Positions 58,297-64,000 of a DNA stretch of 64,000 nucleotides are shown piece by piece. The notes beneath the pieces were generated by a model. It worked only from the letters and a program-made list of their open reading frames with translations. It ran no database searches and was not told where the DNA came from. Positions within the stretch are counted from its first letter, which is position 1. Each line of letters starts with the position of its first letter. The position numbers were made by a program, and so were the translations under genes. This stretch comes from Candidatus Heimdallarchaeum endolithica (lineage in GTDB: Archaea; Asgardarchaeota; Heimdallarchaeia; Heimdallarchaeales; Heimdallarchaeaceae): the NCBI GenBank assembly GCA_021513715.1, contig CP084167.1, forward strand, positions 3,168,001-3,232,000, written 5' to 3'.

Positions 58297-59205
58297 GTGA
58301 TAATTATGGCATCTTTCTTGGGACAAATGATTGTTTCTTTATTACCATTACTCGTTTTTCTAGGTCTCTATATCGGTTTTTTTATATGGGGAAGATTTGC
58401 AAATAAAAAAATAAAAGAACAAAGATTAGATGATGTATTAACAGCTTTGGAACTTTATAATGATAATCATGTAAGAAAAGATCCAAATGATAGGCAAGTA
58501 GAATTAAGATTACAGCTGAAGGACGAATTTCAAGTAAAATCTGCTTCAGCATGGATTATTCTTCTCCCTCGAACAAGTTTCCCTACAATGTTTGTAGATA
58601 AACTATTCTTTAAAAACAAAGACTCTTTTGGATTAGCAGCTAATTTTCATCATAAACCTAGAGTATTTTTTGAACTAATTCCATATAAGCTTAAGTCTGC
58701 AATTAGAAGAGATTTTGATTATTTAATTGAGCTAGATGATATTAATACAAAAGATGAGGAAATAAACAATAAATTTCTAATTAAAAGTAATAAACCTCAA
58801 GTAATTGGTCAATTTATACGAAGTAAATCTTTTATGAATATTTTACGCTCATATCCTAATGAAATACAATGGTTGAGCGTTAGAACAGATAGCCCTCATT
58901 TTGAGATGAAATTTAATTTTCCGAAGGAAAATATTGACCTATTACAACTCATAAAATTCTGTTTTCTTTCTCTAAAATTCTTTGCTAAAGTAACAGAATC
59001 AACAAAAAATCAACCTGTTCCTGTTATTATCCCTCCCAAAAAACTGACTGAAAAAGAAAAGGCAAAAAAAGAAAAAGAAAGACAAAAGGAGAAAGAAAGG
59101 ATAATAAAAGAGCAGAAAAAAAAGCGTGAAAAAGAAGAGAAGGAAATAAAAAAGAAGAAAAATCAAAAAACGCAAGTTACTACTACAAAGAAAAAACGAA
59201 AATAA
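58297..59205 (+). CDS. Membrane-anchored protein with Lys/Glu-rich coiled-coil tail, possibly CCDC47/DUF1682-like
   Basis: N-terminal TM ending WGRFANKK, a globular domain and a charged tail. The family call rests on pattern resemblance only. Confidence 0.5.
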   Translation: MIIMASFLGQMIVSLLPLLVFLGLYIGFFIWGRFANKKIKEQRLDDVLTALELYNDNHVRKDPNDRQVELRLQLKDEFQVKSASAWIILLPRTSFPTMFVDKLFFKNKDSFGLAANFHHKPRVFFELIPYKLKSAIRRDFDYLIELDDINTKDEEINNKFLIKSNKPQVIGQFIRSKSFMNILRSYPNEIQWLSVRTDSPHFEMKFNFPKENIDLLQLIKFCFLSLKFFAKVTESTKNQPVPVIIPPKKLTEKEKAKKEKERQKEKERIIKEQKKKREKEEKEIKKKKNQKTQVTTTKKKRK

Positions 59206-59306
59206 AAATGAGTAGTTTTTTTTGTTTTTTTCATTATAGTTTAAGAATTTTAAAGAATTTAAATTATAGTTTTAACTTTGATAAAAAGTGAAAAAGTAAT
59301 TGAGTT

Positions 59307-60737
59307 TTATTGTTGAATTGTTATTTCATAAAGAACTATATTTTCAGGGGTTCTAAATGAGACTGTCACATTACCGTTATTAAACTGTAAATCAGCAAAA
59401 CCAAAGTGGGTATTGTCAAAAAATAAGGAATTTTCAGTATAATAGGTTGGATCAAGATCCAAAAGGCCACCCATTGTTCCAACAATAAAATAATTTACTT
59501 CATTTTGATTTATATGTTCCATCTGATGATTATGACCTGAAAAAACTAAATCAACACCGTATTTAAAGAAAAGATCTTGAAAAGTACTTATCATATCTTG
59601 ATTATCGTACCAAGGTATTCCATCATATTCTGTACTTGAAGAGTAATAGTATGCATGATTCATAACAATAATCCAGTCATCAGGGTTAAGACTCTTTAAT
59701 CTATTCTCGAACCACTCTCGCTGTGCTCTAGTGTATGTTTCTGTTCCCCATTCTAGATCCAAAGTAAATATATGGATATTAGATCCAAAATCGTATTGGT
59801 GCCATAATTGTGAATCGCTTGAGTTATTGGGTGCATTTTGGGGATAAAAATATTCTTTCCAAAATTCTACTCCTCCAAACCAACCATCATGATTTCCAAT
59901 TATATTGCGGTAAGGAATTAATGTAGTATATTTAGAGAAAAGCTCTATTTGTTCTTTATATAAACTGTCATCATTACCCATCTCCACAATGTCTCCTAAA
60001 CAGAAAAATGCATTATATCCATTGTCTGATGAAGATAGTTGCTCGAGAATAAGTTTGGTTGCAGTAATATTATTGTCTTCTGCTCCTATATGGGGGTCAG
60101 AACTGATTGCAAAACGTAAATTCTCTATTGATGCAGGAAAGTATGTAAAATTATATACTTGACCTACTCCATTAATCTGATAGAAATACTGTGTGTTAGG
60201 AATTAAGTCAGCTAGAACGAAAACATGAGTTCTTGTTTTTCCTTGTTCTGTTATTTTGTTAGTCATAATTGGTGTGGGTCCAAAGAGGAGATAATTTGTC
60301 GAAGCTTTTTGTGTATAAAATATAACTGCTAAGTTTGGATAACCACTTGCTCCAGGTTGATCAATTATCATTAGTTCTGGAGCTTTATCACCTACATGGT
60401 GATAGGGTTTAAGATAGACCAAATACGCACTAGGTAAAATGATACCTGCTAAAACTAGTATATAAATATATTTTCCTGGTATTTTCTTTGGGATTTTAAG
60501 TTTTTTTAGCCTAATAATAAAATCTGAAATAAACCCAAGTGGGATAATTACTGCAACAAGGCAGATTATAATAAATAGTTTGGCTTGGGAAGGATTCCAT
60601 TTGAATAGATGCATGTTTCTAGGTAATAAAACAACCCATACTACTAGTGCTAGTGTTGAAAACGACAAAATGAAGCTAACTAGAACAAAGTAGCGTTTTA
60701 GTGGTTTCCATTCTTGTATTAGTTCTTTAATTTTCAT
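59307..60737 (-). CDS. Membrane-anchored metallophosphoesterase (purple acid phosphatase-like)
   Basis: Three N-terminal TMs, FN3-like domain, DPH, GDIV, GNHD and GHNH motifs. Confidence 0.85.
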   Translation of the reverse strand: MKIKELIQEWKPLKRYFVLVSFILSFSTLALVVWVVLLPRNMHLFKWNPSQAKLFIIICLVAVIIPLGFISDFIIRLKKLKIPKKIPGKYIYILVLAGIILPSAYLVYLKPYHHVGDKAPELMIIDQPGASGYPNLAVIFYTQKASTNYLLFGPTPIMTNKITEQGKTRTHVFVLADLIPNTQYFYQINGVGQVYNFTYFPASIENLRFAISSDPHIGAEDNNITATKLILEQLSSSDNGYNAFFCLGDIVEMGNDDSLYKEQIELFSKYTTLIPYRNIIGNHDGWFGGVEFWKEYFYPQNAPNNSSDSQLWHQYDFGSNIHIFTLDLEWGTETYTRAQREWFENRLKSLNPDDWIIVMNHAYYYSSSTEYDGIPWYDNQDMISTFQDLFFKYGVDLVFSGHNHQMEHINQNEVNYFIVGTMGGLLDLDPTYYTENSLFFDNTHFGFADLQFNNGNVTVSFRTPENIVLYEITIQQ

Positions 60738-60969
60738 ATAATCACTATTAAAGAAATTCTTCCATATCTTTTAAAAAAATTTAGTTACTTTAAAGTAAAA
60801 TAAAGGAATGGAGGACCTGAACAAAGATTGAAATAATTTCTACTTATATTTCATTTTCTGAAGCAATGTTTAAAAAGGTTTATTTTTCAAAATTGTTGAG
60901 TTCAATTTCTATAATTTATTTTATTCTCTCTATTACATCTATTTCAAATATATTGATTAATTTAAAAAA

Positions 60970-61827
60970 GTGATAGTTGTGAAAATTATCTTAGATAGTT
61001 CATGTGATTTACCAGAAGAGTATGTAAAAAAATATGACATAAAAATAGCTCCTGTTTCAATTATAATGGATGGAAAAACATATCGCGACAGGTTTGAAGT
61101 AACTGCTGAAGAGTTTTATGCAGTTTTAAGAGAAAAGAGAGAAAATCTGCCAACAACTTCAGGAACAAGTCCAATGGAGTTTTATAATTGCATATTAGAT
61201 TGCACCAAATCTGATAACTCTGTACTAGTAGCTACAATTTCTTCGAATTTATCAACAACATGGCAATCTGCAAATATTGCAATCAAACGATTCAAAGATA
61301 AATCAATTCATTTAATTGATTCTTTGTCTGGTTCTGGAGCTTTAGGACTTCTAGGTTTAGCTGCTTCAAAATTATGTGAAAAGGGAGAAAAAGATGAAGA
61401 AATTATAAGAAAAGTGAATGACATTCAAAAGAAAACTGTTACAATGGGTTATGTTGATGACCTTTATAATTTACAAAAAAGTGGCCGTATCTCTCAATTC
61501 AAATATTATTTATCCAATCTTTTAAATGCTAAACCAGTAATGCGAGTAAAAGATGGTTTTATTGTTCCACTCGATAAAGCAAGAGGAAAAATTAAAGCAA
61601 TTGAGAAACTAATAAGACATTTATTTAAAGCAATAAAATCAATAAATGAAACAGATTTGGATTGTATGATTACTCATAGTGACGACCTTGAAACTGCAGA
61701 ATACATCATGAATAAACTAGACAGTAAACTGAATTTTAATGAAAAAATAATTAGTTTTCTTACACCTGCTCTAGCTGTGCATTTAGGTATTGGAACGATT
61801 GTCGTTTCTGTTGCTCCTTCACCTTGA
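60970..61827 (+). CDS. DegV-family fatty-acid-binding protein
   Basis: DSSCDLP, PTTS, ISSNLS, IDS, SGRI, KP and HLG motifs. Confidence 0.9.
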   Translation: MIVVKIILDSSCDLPEEYVKKYDIKIAPVSIIMDGKTYRDRFEVTAEEFYAVLREKRENLPTTSGTSPMEFYNCILDCTKSDNSVLVATISSNLSTTWQSANIAIKRFKDKSIHLIDSLSGSGALGLLGLAASKLCEKGEKDEEIIRKVNDIQKKTVTMGYVDDLYNLQKSGRISQFKYYLSNLLNAKPVMRVKDGFIVPLDKARGKIKAIEKLIRHLFKAIKSINETDLDCMITHSDDLETAEYIMNKLDSKLNFNEKIISFLTPALAVHLGIGTIVVSVAPSP

Positions 61828-61828
61828 T

Positions 61829-63385
61829 TTAATCTGATAATTCTTTAGCAACAAAATTTTTTGCTTCTACTATCACTTTATTGATATAGTGTGGAATATC
61901 AGAGGCCATTAATCCATCGCCGTATTCCTTTGATGCAAGTTCTCCAGCCCTACCTGAAATATATGCAGCTAAACAAGCAGAAACAAAACTATCTTCTAAG
62001 TTAGCAAAAAGGCTAGCTATTATTCCAGTTAAAACGTCTCCAGTTCCCCCTACAGTCATTCCAGGATGTCCCGTTGCATTAAGTTTTGTTATTTTGCCAT
62101 TAGAAATAATGTCTATTTTTCCTTTTAGTAAGATAGTTACTCCCCATTCACTAGCTAGTTCTTGAACAATTTTTTTTCTTTCTTCTAATTTATCTGGGAG
62201 TTCTATTTGAAAAACACGATAAAATTCTCTTTTATGAGGAGTTATTATTATATGATGATTTTGTAGTAATTTTAACTCTTCAATACCTAAACTTGATAGA
62301 GCTCCTGCATCAATAACTAGTTTTCTTCTATCTTTAGATTTTAAAACTCTTGAAACTAGTAACCTAGTTTTTTTACTTTTTTTAGTACCTGGACCAATAA
62401 TAAAGGTCGCTTTTCTAAACCTCATATCCTTAACTATTAGTTTAGCATCTTCTTCATTTAGTTCATCACTGCTTCCTGGAACTGTTATTAAATCTGGAGA
62501 AAAAGAACTTATTATCGATCTAACATTTTTAGGAGTGTATATGTAAACTAAATCTGCTCCTGTTCTAAAAGCACCTAAAGCAGATAAAACAGGTGCTCCA
62601 GTATAATAAATTGATCCTCCAATTACAACAACTATTCCATTGTCCCCTTTATGACTTTCACTTTCTCTTTCTGGAAGAAACCACTTTAAGTCTCCAATTC
62701 CTATATAAGTTTCTGCTTCTGGGGGAATACCTATATCTTTTACAATGATTGGAACTGTAGCAAAATCACCAGTCTTTATTTTATTTTTTCCTAAACAAAT
62801 AATTTTTGCTGGTTCTTTAATGTATACAGAGTTATTTGATTCTGGATTATATCCTGAAGGAATGTCTATAGCTATTACTTTTCTCTTAAATTTCTTATTA
62901 AATGTATCAATTATTGAAAAAATAGGTTCTCTAGGAGTTCCCTTAATTCCAATTCCTAATAAACCATCTACTATCCAATCTTTATCTGAAATATTTTTGA
63001 AGACTGACGGAATATCATTAACATCTTTTATTCTAAACCATCTATTTTCTTCAAGAATATTTTTCAGTTTTTCATAATTTTTTTGGGAAGATTGAGAATT
63101 GAAAGTCTCTTTTTTGCCAACTAGGACTATTTTGCAATCATAACCATTATCAGTCAAATATCTCACAGCTACTAAACCATCTCCTCCGTTATTTCCAAAA
63201 CCACAAAATAAGAAAATCTTAGAAGAAGCATCAATAGAAGGGATGTTCATTATTTCCTCAGAAATAGCTTTACCTGCTTGTTCCATAAGTGTCTCAATCG
63301 CTATTCCCATTCCAAACGCATTATCTTCATAAGCCCTTGTATCTCTAATTGTAAAGAATTTCTTTTCTCGGTACAAATAAATCAA
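61829..63385 (-). CDS. nnr: Bifunctional NAD(P)H-hydrate epimerase/dehydratase
   Basis: LMEQAG, GNNGGDG, DIPSG, HKG, GGS..YTGAP, DAGAL, TPH and GGTGDVL motifs. Confidence 0.92.
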   Translation of the reverse strand: MIYLYREKKFFTIRDTRAYEDNAFGMGIAIETLMEQAGKAISEEIMNIPSIDASSKIFLFCGFGNNGGDGLVAVRYLTDNGYDCKIVLVGKKETFNSQSSQKNYEKLKNILEENRWFRIKDVNDIPSVFKNISDKDWIVDGLLGIGIKGTPREPIFSIIDTFNKKFKRKVIAIDIPSGYNPESNNSVYIKEPAKIICLGKNKIKTGDFATVPIIVKDIGIPPEAETYIGIGDLKWFLPERESESHKGDNGIVVVIGGSIYYTGAPVLSALGAFRTGADLVYIYTPKNVRSIISSFSPDLITVPGSSDELNEEDAKLIVKDMRFRKATFIIGPGTKKSKKTRLLVSRVLKSKDRRKLVIDAGALSSLGIEELKLLQNHHIIITPHKREFYRVFQIELPDKLEERKKIVQELASEWGVTILLKGKIDIISNGKITKLNATGHPGMTVGGTGDVLTGIIASLFANLEDSFVSACLAAYISGRAGELASKEYGDGLMASDIPHYINKVIVEAKNFVAKELSD

Positions 63386-63744
63386 TAATTTTTATGCTAA
63401 GCTGTTTAAAAACTTTATTAGAAAAATCAAAAAAACAATTGATAATTGAAATAAATAGTTTTTTAAGTTTGATATCATGATAATCATTTTAAGACAATCA
63501 AAATTACTTCATCTTCTAACTTGCTAACTATATCTATTGCTTATTTTAGTAATAAATTTAAATATGTTAGACTTGCTTTACAAATTCTAAAGACCCTTGT
63601 TCTTTAATGATTTAATCAGCTACAAGTTATTTTTTTACTTAAATTTGAAATGAGTTGAAAAATTGGAAAGAGAAAAAGAAGAGAGGTTTTTTTAGTGAGA
63701 AAAGGATAAAAAAGAGAAGAAAAATAGTAGAAAGAAAAGATAAA

Positions 63745-63999
63745 TTAAAAACGATCGGAGTATTTCTTCGCTTTATTGTGATTCTCGTTAAGTTCATTGT
63801 TTAATTTGTCTAACAATTTTCTAGTCCTATTGGTAATTTTTTTGTATTCTTTGAATTCTTCATTAAATGAACTTAATGATGATTGAATTAATTGCGTGTC
63901 TCCGCCATTTTCATTGAAAAAATTAATTGTTTTGCTGAGATTCTTAACTACAGTCCTAATTGTTTCAGTCTTAAACTGTTCTTTTTTATTGTGTTTTAT
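63745..63999 (-). CDS. 3' end of an unknown protein (truncated by window edge)
   Basis: 85 open codons ending ...KAKKYSDRF*. Confidence 0.5.
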   Translation of the reverse strand: MKHNKKEQFKTETIRTVVKNLSKTINFFNENGGDTQLIQSSLSSFNEEFKEYKKITNRTRKLLDKLNNELNENHNKAKKYSDRF

Positions 64000-64000
64000 T

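Noticed and set aside
410-63077. Numerous short antisense or overlapping ORFs in the track (e.g. 410-763, 17139-17459, 39126-39380, 39600-39836, 49053-49358, 62745-63077)
   Set aside because: They shadow well-supported genes and show no motifs or RBS.

Overview
Low-GC archaeal chromosomal window, most likely from an Asgard archaeon (Heimdallarchaeia-like). This is an inference from a Rab-like GTPase, a TPR+longin-like protein, a short archaeal PurA, TATA-type promoters and GGTGAG ribosome-binding sites. Layout: (1) 1-16.9 kb, anaerobic purine/urate-utilisation-like cluster (MocA-like, Se-dependent-type Xdh, YgeY, YgeW-like carbamoyltransferase, two PLP fold-II enzymes, HyuA- and SsnA-like amidohydrolases, DHODH/PreA-like flavoprotein, XdhABC). 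(2) Intact IS5-like element with 17-bp TIRs and a 6-bp TSD. (3) Surface protein, TPR-longin protein, panE, iorAB. (4) Type I-B CRISPR-Cas locus: 19 repeats, cas6-8b-7-5-3-4-1-2, cas1 split at an A10 run, probable internal Cas11, divergent csa3. (5) Beside csa3, a convergent pair of paralogous ~97-aa unknown genes, each preceded 40-41 nt upstream by a solitary CRISPR-like repeat; this is the best candidate for an undescribed system. (6) ~7.6-kb island bounded by a ~337-bp direct repeat, holding an IS6 remnant, a surface protein and a tnpB element inside a NosD pseudogene. (7) Housekeeping genes and pseudogenes, including purA, a Rab-like GTPase and a possible CCDC47-like protein. All calls come from motif recognition by eye; no database searches were run.
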